Of a stretch of DNA of 64,000 bases, positions 23,207 through 36,320 are shown one piece after another. A program made the translations under genes and the position numbers. The stretch's first letter is position 1, and the number at the start of each line of letters is the position of its first letter. Location of the stretch: assembly GCA_002269645.1 (NCBI GenBank), contig NIVC01003697.1, positions 18,314 to 82,313 of the forward strand, in the 5' to 3' direction. Below the pieces are notes generated by a model that was given only the letters and a program-made list of their open reading frames with translations, searched no databases and was not told the DNA's origin. The DNA is from Macrostomum lignano (lineage: Eukaryota).

Positions 23207-26200
23207 TGTGGTGGCGTGTGGCGGTGTCGTGTGTTTGGAGTGTTGGGGCTGGGTTGGTTTGTGTTTTGGGGTTGCGATTCTGTGGCTATTTTACCTCCTC
23301 TCTGTACTTTCGTTTGTGCGTACACCGTCGCATACTCATTCACACTCACACAATTGCTACTTTGCGTTTTTTAGTCCCTTTTATAATATCGTGTCAAAAT
23401 ATATAAGTCGCTGCAGTTGGAGTTTTCATGCAAGGGTTTTTCGGCTAGTGCCATCGTAAGTCAAGTTGTTTCACGGGCGACGAGATGTCAGTGTACGTCT
23501 ACCCACGCGTTTGAGAACTTTAATGACAGAGAAGAGTCCTGGACGGAATACCAGGAGCGACTGGAGCAGTACTTTGAAGCGCATGGCATCAGAGAAGATG
23601 CAAAGAAAAGAGCCGTCCTGCTAAGCGTTTGCGGCCGCCAGTCTTTTCAAATTGCTCGCAACCTTTGCTCGCCAGCCAAAGTCGGAGACAAGAGCTATTC
23701 ATACGAGTATATCTGCAAGCTTCTCAAAGAGTATCACTGTCCTACGCCATCAGAGATCGTTCAGCGCTTCGACTTCAACAACCGCGTCAGTAAGCCTGAC
23801 GAGTCCGTATCAACATATCTGGCGGAGCTGCGGAAGCTGAGTGAGCACTGCAACTACAGCAATCTGGACGAGATGTTGCGAGACCGACTGGTGTGCGGCA
23901 TCAACAATCTGGAGATCCAGCGGCGATTGTTGGCGGAGCCCGAGTTGAATCTAAAATCCGCCACTGAAATTGCTTAGGCCCATGAGTCGGCAACAAAGAA
24001 CTGCAAAGTCTTGGAATCAGCCACTGGGATCAGCGAGAGCAGCAAGACGGAGGATGCAGTTCTCAAAGTTCAGCAAGCACCAGATCAGAGGCGATGCGGC
24101 AGGTGCCTGTCGACAAGGCACATGTCCCAAAAGTGTCCGTTCATCGACAAGCAGTGTTTCCGGTGCCAGAAAAATGGACACGCGGCCAGGGCTTGCAGAA
24201 ATCGGCCTCAGTAGGCGGCCAACCAAGTTTTTGAGGCGACAACCATCGAGAAGGATCAAGACGAGCCGTACTCTCTGCACCAATTTGGTTCCGGCACCAC
24301 ACGCAGAGAAACTGTGCCCCCGATCATCACAACTGTTTTCATTGACGGTCGCCCGTGTCTGATGGAGGTGGACACTGGAGCTTCCGTGTCGCTGATATCG
24401 GTGCGCACCTACAAGGATGTCCTCCACAGCGGCCCCAAGTTAAGCCCATCAACTGCTCTTCTGCTCAGCTAACCACATACTCCGGACACTCCGTTAATGT
24501 GCTCGGTAAGTTGGATTTGCCTGTCAGCAAGTCGCTTTCAGAAGAGTCCATCCGCCTTCCCCTGCTCGTCGTGGAGGGCAGCGGCCCAAGTCTGCTCGGC
24601 CGCGACTGGTTGCGGCAGCTGCAACTCGACTGGCAGTCCATCAAACAGCTGAAGTCCACAATTTGTACCCAAGTGCAAGGACTACTGGACGAATTCGCTG
24701 AGGTGTTTGGTGATCTTGGTACATTCAAAGGCACCCCACTGTCGATACAGCTGAAGCCGGACGCCAAGCCTCGGTTCTGCAAGGCTCGCCCGATTCCGTT
24801 CTCGCTGAAGGCCAAAGTCGAGCAAAAGCGAACAAGGAGGTGCAGCAGGGAGTTCTCAGAATGGGCGTCGCCGATCGTTCCTGTAATGAAATCGGATGGC
24901 AGCATTCGGGGTATGCGCCCATTTTAAACAGACCGTCAACGTTTCTATTAATTCGGATACGTACCCGCTGCCGAACATTGACGAATTGTTCTCGAGACTC
25001 GCCGGAGGTAAGAAGTTTACCAAGCTGGACCTGAGTCAGGCCTTCTCTCAGATGCCCCTCGATGCTGCAGCTCAGGAGCTCTGCACGGTGAACACGCCGT
25101 TGGGGCTTCTTCGGTACTCGAGGCTTCCATTTGGTGTATCGACAGCGCCGAGCATGTTCCAGAGAGTCATGGACGGCCTGCTACAAGGCATTGCTCACTG
25201 CGTGGCATTTATGGACGATGTCATCGTCACTGGCCAGGACGATGAGAGCCACTGCAGCAACCTCAGGGCGGTGCTCTCCGTTTTTAAGGACGCTGGCTTG
25301 ACCTACAGCCGTGAGAAGTGCGCGTTCATGCAGGATTCAGTGGTGTACCTGGGACACCGCATCGACTCGGAAGGCCTTCATCCACTGAAGGACAAGCTCC
25401 AAGCCATAGTGGACGCACCTGAGCCTATGGACCTGACGCAGCTGCGGAGTTTTCTGGGTCTCGTGAGTTACTATGGGAAGTTTCTGCCTAACTTGTCGAC
25501 TGTCTTGAGTCCGCTACACCAGCTGCTCAACAAGGAGATCCGATGGCACTAGGGACAGTCGCAAAAGAAGGCTTTCGAGACCTGCAAGCGTCTTCTTGTC
25601 CAACCGAACGTCCTGGCTCACTATGATGCAGCAGCGGAGCTGTTCTTGGAGTGCGACGCTTCGGATCACGGAATTGGAGCCGTAATCTTTCATCGGGTCG
25701 GCGGTCTGGACAAGCCGGTTGCCTATGCGTCAAGTACCCTGAGTTCGGCCGAGCGGAACTATTGTCAGCTGGAGAAGGAGGCGCTCGCGCTGGTTTACGG
25801 CGTCAAGAAGTTCAACCAGTACCTCCTAGGCCGCGAGTTCAGTCTGTTAACGGATCATCGACCTCTTCTTAGGCTTCTCGGTGAAGGCAAGCAAATCCCG
25901 CCGTTGGCATCTGGCCGAGTGCAGCGATGGACACTGCTGCTGTCAGCATATCGGTACAAGCTGGTGCATCGCAGCGGCTCTTCGCTTCTCAGAGCGGATG
26001 CTTTTAGTCGTCTTCCAGCGCCGACTGCGGACCGACCGACCCCAGTGCCCGCGGAGATCGTCCTGCTAATGGACAGTCTGGATTCTGGTCCCGTCAGTTC
26101 CAAGGACATCTGCATTTGGACACGGCGGGATCCCCTGATGTCGCAGGTCGTTCGCTTCTGCCTTACTGGTTGGCTGGAGACCGCGCCACCGGAGCTGTTG

Positions 26201-27708
26201 CAATACAGTCGCCGATCCAAGAAACTCTCTGTGCAGATGGCTGCCTGTTCTAGGATAGCCGCATCATTATTCCACCCGCAGGTCGCGTTCAGTTGCTTCA
26301 GTGTCTCCACCAGAGTCATCCGGGTTCTTCTCGTATGAAGTCGCTGCCCCGAAGCTATGTTTGGTGGCCAGGCATTGATCAGGAAATCGAGTTGATGGTG
26401 GCGTCTTGTTCTAAATGTCAGCAAAATCAACGGGAAGCATCTCCGGTACTGCTGCAGCCCTGGCCTCTGCCTACGCAACCGTGGACGCGGATTCATGTCG
26501 ACTATGCAGGGCCTGTTCGTGGCAAGATGCTGCTAGTCGTCGTGGACGCCTACTCGAAGTGGCTTGACGTCCACGTGACATCGTCGGCGACAGCGGCGAC
26601 AACAGCAGAGAAGCTGCGGCAGAGCTTCTGTACGCATGGCCTGCCAGAAGTCGTGGTGACGGACAATGGGCCCTGCTTTGTGAGCGGTGAATTCGGCGAA
26701 CTCTGTCGCCAAAACGGCATTCGACATGTGCGTACCCCGCCGTACCACCCTGCGTCCAACGGGTTGGCTGAGAGGGCCGTGCAAAGTTTGAAGCGCTCGC
26801 TGGAAAAGCAGACTGGTGGCACGCTCGAAACGCAGGTCGCCCGCTTCCTGATGAGCTACCGGATCACTCCGCACTCAACGACGGGAGCAGCGCCTTGTGA
26901 GCTTCTGATGGGGCAAACCCTGCGGTCATTACTGGATCACCCGCGTCCCAGCATCTCCCGGCGGGTCCTGGAGCGTCAGGAAAGCCAGAAGCTTCATCAC
27001 GATTTGACGGCAAAGCCTCGATTCTTTGAAGAGAGAGAAGCGGTGTACGCTGGGAACTTCGGACAAGCGGCCAATTGGTCTCCCGCGGTCGTCACCCGGA
27101 AGGAGAACCCACTGTGGTACGAGTGCAGCCTGCCGGACAGCCGAGATATCCGGCGACACGCGGATCACCTGCGAGAACGTCCAGCCGATCCAATGTCGGA
27201 CACATCGGAGTCACCGGAGGTCGCTACGGCAACGCCACAAGAACTGCCCGTGCCGAAGGCCGGTTCGGCGCCGACGGCCGAGTCCAAAACGCCGTTGAAG
27301 CCCGCGGCGGAATCCGAGCTCCGCCGGTCTGGACGCACCCGGGCACCTCCCGACCGGCTGATGTACAAGTGACTAAAGGCTGAGGCTGAGACAAAGACTG
27401 AACTGTAACTGAGTTGGGTTCCGCTCTTGGTTGGGAGAGGTGTGGTGGCGTGTGGCGGGTGTCGTGTGTTTGGGATGTTGGGGCTGGGTTGGTTTGTGTT
27501 TTGGGGTTGCGCTGCTGTGGCTATTTTACCTCCTCTCTGTATTTTCGTTTGTGCGTAAACTGTCACGTACTCATTCACACTCACACAATTGCTACTTCGC
27601 GCTTTTTAGTCCCTTTTATAATATCGTGTCAAAATATATAAGTCGCTGCAGTTGGAGTTTTCACGCAAGGGTTTTTCGGCTAGTGCCATCGTAAGTCAAG
27701 TTGTTTCA
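23207..27708 (+). mobile_element. Ty3/Gypsy (Mag-like) LTR retrotransposon, decayed
   Basis: LTRs at 23207-23473 and 27441-27708 (TG..CA, roughly a dozen differences). gag, double zinc knuckle, PR (VDTGAS), RT (FMDD), RNase H (CDAS) and integrase (TDNG) are split by stops and frameshifts. Flanks GTAAT/GCAAC match only 3 of 5. Confidence 0.92.
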
Positions 27709-28989
27709 GCAACTCCACACACAATTATAATAGCGAGTAAGTAATGTAAATTTTCACTATTTTAATACTTTAGATTTTTCATTGCGAAAGAACGCAAACG
27801 CTCATAGCAGCTATTAAACAAATTCGCATAGCTCGTTTAACTACCGACTAATCATTCTTGCCAAAAGATCCCGCAAAAAAATGCACCACGATGAATCCGA
27901 TACACCCTAGCTCCCGTGGTGAAAAATTCGACCCAGAATCGACCCAGAATGTTCTGTGTCGATTCGGTGTCGAATGTGCACTCAGAAATTTTGGAAATTT
28001 GATCATCGAAATTTCGACGAATATTCGACCACTGCTTTCACAAGGACATAAGGTTTCAGACAAAGTGTTAAAAGATTGTATGTTATAAAAGATATTTATT
28101 GTGACGAAAAAACGAATCTATGAAGCATTATACTCGAGATGAGAATGAACTAATATATTCCTTATACACGCTCCTATTAAACTACGCTAATTAAATGACT
28201 AATATTTTCGCAAAAATTTAATAGTCCGCGATCAAATAAAAGACAGACAGAAGTCACGCGTTAAGTGCAACTCTCAGTCACTCTGCGCTGGCGGCAGGAC
28301 CACGGAGCTCTTTCGCTGGGGAGTGCGCAGGCCAGATCGTACGACTGGGGCATCCGAGATGAAGTTCGCAATGCGCTCCTCCACCTCCTTCGTGCTGAAT
28401 TGTACTTGGTCTTTCGAAATCGCCTCTGAAATGCAATTACGAGCGCAATATTAATTTAGCAACTCGAGGTCACTATAGCCTGCTACGAATAGCTTTCTCC
28501 TATATAGACGCTTTGGCACTATTCGAACCAAGCCCCAAACGCACTCCTACGACTTAGCAACCTGGAGTGGAAACGAGTTGTTCACTTTTACCTCACGAGG
28601 CCAGACTAGCACAGACAGAGTCAGACAGAGCCATAGACATTCAGTGCTGGCTCCTAATCTTAACAATTGCCAATCCAGATTGCTAATTTTAAAACTCCTT
28701 GCCCCAGACAAATAAAGCTACCGGGGAGATGATCTATCACCCAATTAACGACGCCAAACCCCGCTTGACTTCGACGAGATTTCTTACCTCGATCAGAATT
28801 TGTTACTGAACTCCCTTGTTTCTTCTTCTGACGACGTCGTGTTCCCATTTAACTTGATCTGACTAAAAGAAACAATTGCTTTATACACATTCAATCAGAA
28901 AGGCCTCGAGCTAGATATATATTTTTTAAATCCAACTTTACCAACCAAAATATTTGTTTCCTTATCATCACGAGACAGTCGGTTGGGCC

Positions 28990-29620
28990 TAGTTCCAGAT
29001 TTTGGCGCTGCCTATTCCGGGCGACTCTTGACCCTTCAGCGGTTTCGGCTGCAGGTTCCACACGTGGACAGGCCCTCCGTAGCACGTCCAACCTCACACG
29101 GCAGAGTTATCATTTTGTCCGTAGAGTTGTGCACGATTACGTGGACTTCCTTGATCAACCATGCCGCCCTGCACAGTCAAACCCTGGAGGGCCCGGCTCG
29201 ACCGGCTTACGATTCGGCCATATGTCCCAGGCGGGAGAACAAGGCGAAGGCCTGTTGATACGAGGTCTGTTTCAAAGGCGGCAATTGGTCTATCGGAACA
29301 CGTTGCCAGGTCGTAGCCGACTGAGCCCGCCGTGCTCCGATGCGGTATAACTGTGGTATAACTCCGATGCGTCGTAGTAGTAATTGTGGCTGAGGTTCAT
29401 TTTTATGGATGCTTATCCTCCAAATGAGTTTTTTGCTACCCGCATAATCTTCGTCCTAATAAAAAAGCCGATTGAGTCTACTAACTCGGTAGGCTACTAA
29501 TCCGATTAACGTTCCAGGCGCAGGAAAAGGCAAAGGCCTGTCGATATGATGGACGTATCATCACAGGCATCCAAATTCTATCGGCAGTAGATAGGTAGAT
29601 CGGCAGTGGAGTAATGCAAA
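28990..29620 (-). pseudogene. Decayed dUTPase-like sequence, one clear copy (about 29345-29050) plus a possible second upstream copy (about 29620-29470)
   Basis: Manual translation gives HRSTAGSVGYDLA..LVSTGLRLVLPPGTYGRIVSRSSRALQGLTVQGGMVDQ, then a frameshift into EVHVIVHN (dUTPase motifs 1-3). The upstream copy reads IISTGLCLFL/APGT. There is no start codon. Confidence 0.78.
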
Positions 29621-30742
29621 AGCTTCAGGTAGAACGAATCAACATTTATTAAGCGCCCCTCGTCCATTAGCGCAATAGCTAGACAACCAATCCAAAAACT
29701 GACTCGCTTACTCGGATTTTTAAACTCCTCAACATCAACTGGTATATTTTCAGCCACTCGACGACGTAACCAACGATATGCTTTATGCGACAAGGCTTGT
29801 ACCATACGAATGCATATAGAGAAGTAGCATCAAGATTTTCCAAGTGGTTGCTATACGTTGTATTCTGTCGTGGTCCTCTGAAATCCGAATCGTCAGGTCC
29901 AGCTGACGACGACATTCTTCTACGATAGCATTGTTTGCTGTAGTAAGATGTCGAGTTCCGAAACTGAACCCTCCTCGAACCAAAGTTTCAACCTCCGAGT
30001 ATACCTTGTCTGAGGAAGCAGTAGTTCCCCTGGATCTTACCAGCTTCTTGACGTGAGCTGCTGTCTTTGAGGCTCGTTTGACTGGAGTGCCCACGGGCTG
30101 CGGGCTGCAGGCGACGTTTCCTTCTACCGGCTGGCTTCATAGTCTCGTCTTCCTCAGTGGTGAATGGAAGAGACGAAGTAGGGATGTGCCAGCGTAGGGC
30201 CTGGTCTAGAGTTGACAGGTGCTTTGGGTCGTTGTCAACCGGAGTGAGCGAGCGAAGGGCCATGTACGTGTTACTATCCCGCTGATGGTACAGCTAGTAG
30301 ATGCTGGCTTGTACAGATACATGCAGATTGTACAGGCCACTGTCCCCCTTCAGCTCCTTAACATCGACTTAATTCACGCACCTCCTGGTTAGGCAGAGCT
30401 CGGACGGTGAAGCAGGGCAGTGAATTGCTTGATCGCAATCCACGGGGCAATTCGGAAAGGATCGTAAAATATATTCGTGTGAGTATTATATGAGGAGGTT
30501 TGGAGTTTATTCTTTATCTGGGACGTGAGTTAAGACGGGATAAGGTTGGTCTATGGGAGTTTGTGGTGGCCGTTATGTCACCTGAGTCTATATCCTGAGT
30601 CTACATCCTGAGTCTATAAATAGAAACACCCCTACTGTTACCATAACCAAAGACTAATCACTACTGCGCTGATAACTAATACTGCTATAATATACGCTGT
30701 CCTCTGCCGATCGCAATTAGTCGGTTTGGTTAATATTGAATA

Positions 30743-31489
30743 TAGCTTTTTGCAGCCCATTTGGGCTTACGCGCATTGAATTTAATCCAAGATATGTTTG
30801 TCAAAGTAATGGAGCTTTTGTCTATGGTAGCAAGGCTGGCACAGCGGCATTTAATTTGGTCCAACAAGCATTAATTTGGTCCATTTAGTTCATTTGCAGC
30901 TCAATCCCAGAATTGTGGACCATATGCTAGGCTGTTGAACGAATGTCATTGGCTTGTGATCAAAGCACTCGACGGAGGTGAACACCCAAAGGACATTGCA
31001 AGGTTGCTGAATGTAAAAGAAAAGGTGGTTTATAGCATCCAGCAGCGCCTTGAAACTCTGCCGGCAGAGATTGCCTGCGAAAGGTTGGCAATCGCCAAGG
31101 AAAGTTGCTCGAGAGCCTCAGGTCCAACTGCTACTCGATGCTGTGGAGACGAACCCTTTGTTGACGTTTCAGAAAATGCAGCAGAAGTTGAGGGAACAGC
31201 TCTAGTTGATTATCAGATTGCGACTATCAGCAGAGCTCTGGAAAAGCGACTGAAAATTTTTGGTAGAGACGCTGACATTCCAGCGGTGCGCAACAACCTG
31301 CAGACGGTTGAGAGAAGGCAAGAGTTTGTCCAATGGCTCACGAGTGTTTGGACCAAATGGATGCTTGTTGGACCAAATCAAATGCCGCTGCGCCAGCTTT
31401 GCTACCATAGACAAAAGCTCCGTTACATTGGCAAACGTATCTTGGATTAAATTAAATGCGCGTAAGCCCAAATGGGCTGCAAAATGCTA
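30743..31489 (+). mobile_element. Non-autonomous Tc1/IS630-type element with ~150-bp TIRs and a transposase N-terminal remnant
   Basis: TIRs begin TAGCTTTTTGCAGCCC and are flanked by TA. The internal ORF (IKALDGGEHPKDIARLLNV..YSI...TISRALEK..RN..RRQEFVQW) is HTH-like with no DDE domain. An inverted copy lies at 60758-61500. Confidence 0.72.
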
Positions 31490-31928
31490 TATTTCAAGTC
31501 TCTGTTCATTCCCAAAGATACAACAAAGTCCAATCTTCTCAGCTCATTTGCTTCACGGTCGAAAAGCTTTGTTTGTTGTAGCGGATTAGCGCTCCTTAGC
31601 TCAGCAACCTGACATACAATAATTAAAAATGAGCAGGTTTATAACAAAATCTTTTGTTGCCAAAATGTGCGCCGGCGAGTTAGAACATATTTATTTCTCA
31701 GAATAAATTTTAATAAAAACATCTTAAATTTAGTGATTTAAGTAGTGTTATTTTTGTATGTATATTTACCTTAAATATTTCTTCAAAGTTATCGCCAACA
31801 TCTTTTTTAGAAATATATAATTTAGGTTAGGGAACTAATCCAGTAATCCACTGAAGTTGATTTCGATAAGTTAAAATCTTTAAAGATAAATTTACACCTA
31901 GTCCTAGTAGAGCCAACCGCCTACTTAG

Positions 31929-32817
31929 TAAACTTGCTAACGAAGTTAACGAACCAATGTTGTAACATTTCAATTTAGACCTACAGACATCCACGATCCA
32001 CCTAAGTCCTAACATATGCATCACATGTAGGGGTAAATGTAGGGGTAACAAAGTAGTAAAATTTCAGTAATTACATTTAATTATTGAAAATAGTTCTAAT
32101 ATATAAAGTCCACATTAAACAGTATTAACAGTTAAAACTTTTCTTGATTGTCAATGCAAAAGCATAATTATTTTCATTTTTTTGGCCCAATAACCTATTC
32201 TTATATACATTTAATTTTTGTACTCAGTCTTAGTGTTAGGCCTATACTATACCTACCTATACCTAAGAAGCTAAGGCATACTGATTAAAATGGGGCTTGA
32301 TAGCTATAGATAGTAGCTAACAAACAGAGTTAATCGCCTCTATTTTATGATTTAATTTTTTCATAGATTTGCTTATATGGTTATATTTGTGTTACTGCTG
32401 TTACCAAAGTGGCTCTAAGGCTTTCCTATCTTATAGCTATCATAAAATTTTTAACAGATGTAATATAGAACATTTATAGATTTTTGACTGATATCTATAT
32501 ATAATGTCTAAGCAAAAGTCTAAGAATAAGTCTAAGTATTTCTTACTTGTTATGCTTACTAATAGTATTCTTCTTACTTATTAGCTTATAATTAGTAAAA
32601 TACCAAATCTTTACTATATACCAAGCAGTCTCGAAATGTCTTATATAGTTGTCTGCTGTTTATTTAAACTTGCTAACGAAGTTAACAAACCAATGTTGTA
32701 ACATTTCAATTTAGACCTACAGACATCCACAATCCACCTAAGTCCTAACACATGCATCACATGTAGGGGTACATGTAGGGGTAACAAAGTAGTAAAATTT
32801 CAGTAATTACATTTAAT
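31929..32817. repeat. ~150-bp direct repeat (about 31929-32080 and 32665-32817) around an AT-rich spacer
   Basis: The segment taaacttgctaacgaagttaac...cagtaattacatttaat occurs twice with about 5 differences. Confidence 0.8.
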
Positions 32818-33837
32818 ATTTGAGAACTAACTCAATACTGTATCTGATAAAAATACAATTTAAATAATATTGAAAGAAATTAAAGTTGAATATTATTATT
32901 AAGTATTAGCATAGTTGAGCAAACCTTAAATATTATTTACTTATTAGAAGACTATTAAAACAACAATGATTGGTACAATTTTTAATATAGTATGCTGATA
33001 TAATTTTTAAAAATTTCAATGACCATTCATATTTTGTTTTTTAGTTATATCTCTCTCACATTCTAGGCCTATTGCACTTTGGCTTAGAGACATGTGATAG
33101 TTTAAATGAACTATACTTTGTATGCATTATATTCTTCATATTTGTGCTTTACCTATGAGTGTTTTGCCATGAGTTATATAAAAAATAACTTTTTTTAAAA
33201 ACATATGCAGGGTTTTCTGAGATTTAATAATAATCCTGTTTTGTTATAATTTATTGACAAAACACTGCAGAAAGAAACTCGTGCCTCAGTGCTGTGAGAT
33301 GCCCCAGTATTGCCACTGGAGCTGCCAGCATTGCCATGAGATTGCCATTCTCTGTACGCCGCCGTGGCCGCCTATTGTCAGCTCTGCTGGCTGGCTGCTC
33401 CCTGCTCTGCCTGCTGTCCATCGCACGTGATGGCTCTGCCGGCAGAGCTGCCAGCAGCAGCCCAGATTGCCAGTGTGAAATCGCGGGCAGCCTCGGGGTG
33501 GCATCGGCGGCCGGCTCCGGCGCAAATGCTTCACTGGCTGCTGGGCCCAGCCTGACCCCAGGGCGTCAGCAACTGGACTGCCAGGCCATCCATGTGGCGC
33601 TCATTGTTGGCGGCCAAACCGCCACTCGCTACGCTGTGACGGTGGTCAAGAGTGTCCTGTTTCACCGGTCAACCCCATCCACCTGCATCTGGTCACTGCA
33701 GGCCGAGCAGAGCGGGTGCTCAAGACTTTGTTTCGAACTTGGAGAATTCCTCACCTCAGAGTGGATTATTATGATACAGCCACTGATCAGGTAGGTCTAA
33801 TGTACTGTTTCTTTGTGTAGGTGTGTCCGAGATTGAA

Positions 33838-34395
33838 CCTTACTGTGAATGGTAGGATTCCCCTGTGAATGGTAGGATTCCCCTGTTAATGGTAGGATTC
33901 CCCTGTTAATGGTAGGATTCCCCTGTGAATGGTAGGATTCCCCTGTGAATGGTAGGATTCCTCTGTGAATGTTAGAATTCCCCTGTGAATTCACAGGATT
34001 CCCCTGTGAATGCCAGAATTCCCCTGTGAATGCTATAATTTCCTTGGGAATGGTAGAATTCCCTTATGAATGTTAGAATTCCCCTGTGAATGTTAGAATT
34101 CCCCTGTGAATGGTAGGATTCCCCTGTTAATGGTAGGATTCCCCTGTGAATGGTAGGATTCCCTTGTGAATGCCAGAATTATCCTGTGAATGCTATAATT
34201 TCCTTGGGAATGGTAGAATTCCCCTGTGAATGGTAGAATTCCCCTGTGAATGTTAGGATTCCCCTGTGAATGTTAGAATTTCCCTGTGAATGGTAGGATT
34301 CCCCTGTGAATGTTAGGATTCCCCTGTGAATGTTAGAATTCCCCTGTGAATGGTAGGATTCCCCTGTGAATGTTAGAATTCCCATGTGAATGTTA
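33838..34395. repeat. ~20-bp minisatellite (CCCCTGTGAATGGTAGGATT)n in LARGE intron 1
   Basis: Tandem units are visible directly. Confidence 0.95.
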
Positions 34396-34934
34396 GAAAT
34401 CACCATAAGAACTTGTCAGAGCCTCTTTATAATTTTACTAATACGGTACCTTTTTGCAATTACCAGGATGCCAAAGCGAAAAAGCGGTCCCAATTTTTAT
34501 ATCCGCATTCCTGAACTCCCCCTGCGGCAGGTGAGCTGGCTGTCCAACACGCACTACTCAGGCGTGTACGGCCTGCTAAAGCTGACGCTGCCCTCCGTGC
34601 TGCCCCGGTCTCTCGAGCGGGTCATTGTGCTGGACACTGACGTGGCGGTGACGGCCGACCCCCTCCAGCTGTGGCAGCTGTTCGGCCAGCTGGCCGAGCG
34701 GCCCGGCCTCGCTATCGGGCTGGCGGACAACCTGTCCGATTGGTACCTGTCTGGCAAGGCCGGGGTCTGGCCAGCTCTGGGGCGCGGCTTCAACACCGGG
34801 GTGATGCTCATGCACCTCGCCAGGCTGCGGGCCTGGGGCTGGGACAGGCACTGGCCTGCCGTGGCCAGGGAGTGCGCGGCCAAGCATGGACCCGCCCAGC
34901 TGGCTGACCAGGTGTGGCGGTGCTTCACCTGATG

Positions 34935-35335
34935 GGGATTTGGGATATTTTATAGTTGGTGGGGATTTGTAATATTTTTATAGTTGGTGGGGTTTTGGGA
35001 TATTTTTATAGTTGGTGGGGTTTTGGGATATTTTAATGTTGGTGGGGTTTTGGGATATTTTATAGTTGGTGGGGTTTTGGGATATTTTAATGTTGGTGGG
35101 GTTTTGGGATATTTTTATAGTTGGTGGGGTTCTGGGATATTTTAATGTTGGTGGGGTTTTGGGATATTTTATAGTTGGTGGGGTTTTGGGATATTTTTTA
35201 TGTTGGTGGGGTTTTGGGATATTTTTTATGTTGGTGGGGTTTTGGGATATTTTATAGTTGGTGGGGTTTTGAGATATTTTATAGTTTCTGAGGATTAGGG
35301 ATATTTTATAGTTACCGAGGATTAGGGATATTTTA
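34935..35335. repeat. ~29-bp minisatellite (TATAGTTGGTGGGGTTTTGGGATATTTT)n in LARGE intron 2
   Basis: Tandem units are visible directly. Confidence 0.95.
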
Positions 35336-36036
35336 AATCTTTAATGTGATAACAGAAAGAGTTGGGATATTTCTTTTATTTAAGATTTTGGCGACTGAAT
35401 CCCGGAATCCCTCGGCACCAACTCCGCCCGCCCGCAGGACGTCATCAACGCCCTGGTGCGGCGGCACCCGGGTCTACTGGAATGTGCAGCTCGGTGACCA
35501 CACCCAGCCGGAACTGTGCTACCGCTCCCCCGCCAACCTGCCCAGCGTTCGCATCCTGCACTGGAACTCGCCGCTGAAGGTTTGGGGCGCCCGCAGGCAT
35601 CGATTCGCGCAGCACTTCCACACGCTGTACATGACCTACTTGGACTATGATGGCGGCCTGTTGCGCAGGCGGCTGTTCGCCTGTCCGGACGATGGCGCGG
35701 AGGACGACCAGGACCAGCTGCTGGCAGAGGACGCCTCCGGTGCCAACTCGCTCGCCGGCCCGGCTGCCGCTGGCGTCAGCGCCGGGGACGAGTGCTACGA
35801 GATGCGGGCGGAGCAGCGGCTGGTCCGGAGGACGCACCTGTACTACTTGGAGTACAACTACACCGCCCAGGGGCCTCACGATGTCACCCTGGTCAGCCAG
35901 CTCAGTCTGGATCGGGTACAGCTGCTGGAGAGCCTGTCGCGACACTGGGCCGGCCCCATCAGCCTTTGCATCTACGTCACGGATGCTGAGGCCCACCAGT
36001 TGGCCACCTTTGTTGAGTCTTCTCAGGTTTGTGCGA

Positions 36037-36320
36037 TCCCACATCCCTAATTAATGAGATCCCACATCCCTAATCAATGAGATCCCACATCCCTAACCAA
36101 TGAGATCCCACATCCCTAATCAATGAGATCCCACATCCCTAACCAATGAGATCCCACATCTCTAATCAATGAGACCCCACATCCCTAACCAATGAGATCT
36201 CACATCCCTAATCAATGAGATCCACATCCCTAACCAATGAGATCCCACATCCCTAACCAATGAGATCCCACATCCCTAACCAATGAGATCCCACATCCCT
36301 AACCAATGAGATCCCACATC
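36037..36320. repeat. 23-bp minisatellite (CCCACATCCCTAACCAATGAGAT)n
   Basis: About 12 units that run directly into LARGE coding sequence. Confidence 0.95.

Noticed and set aside
28250-28600. DUF4806/BEN-like C-terminal motif (TKEVEERIANFISDAP) on the minus strand
   Set aside because: It is only a short resemblance, interrupted by stops, and cannot be supported without an HMM search.
30300-30360. Parvovirus Rep HUH-like word (LKGDSGLYNLHVSV) on the minus strand
   Set aside because: The first His is absent, a stop follows, and no SF3 helicase motifs were found nearby.
32080-32660. Highly mutated LINE RT (KYLDLFLD..) on the minus strand
   Set aside because: It is one short motif in very AT-rich sequence with many stops, so it could be chance.
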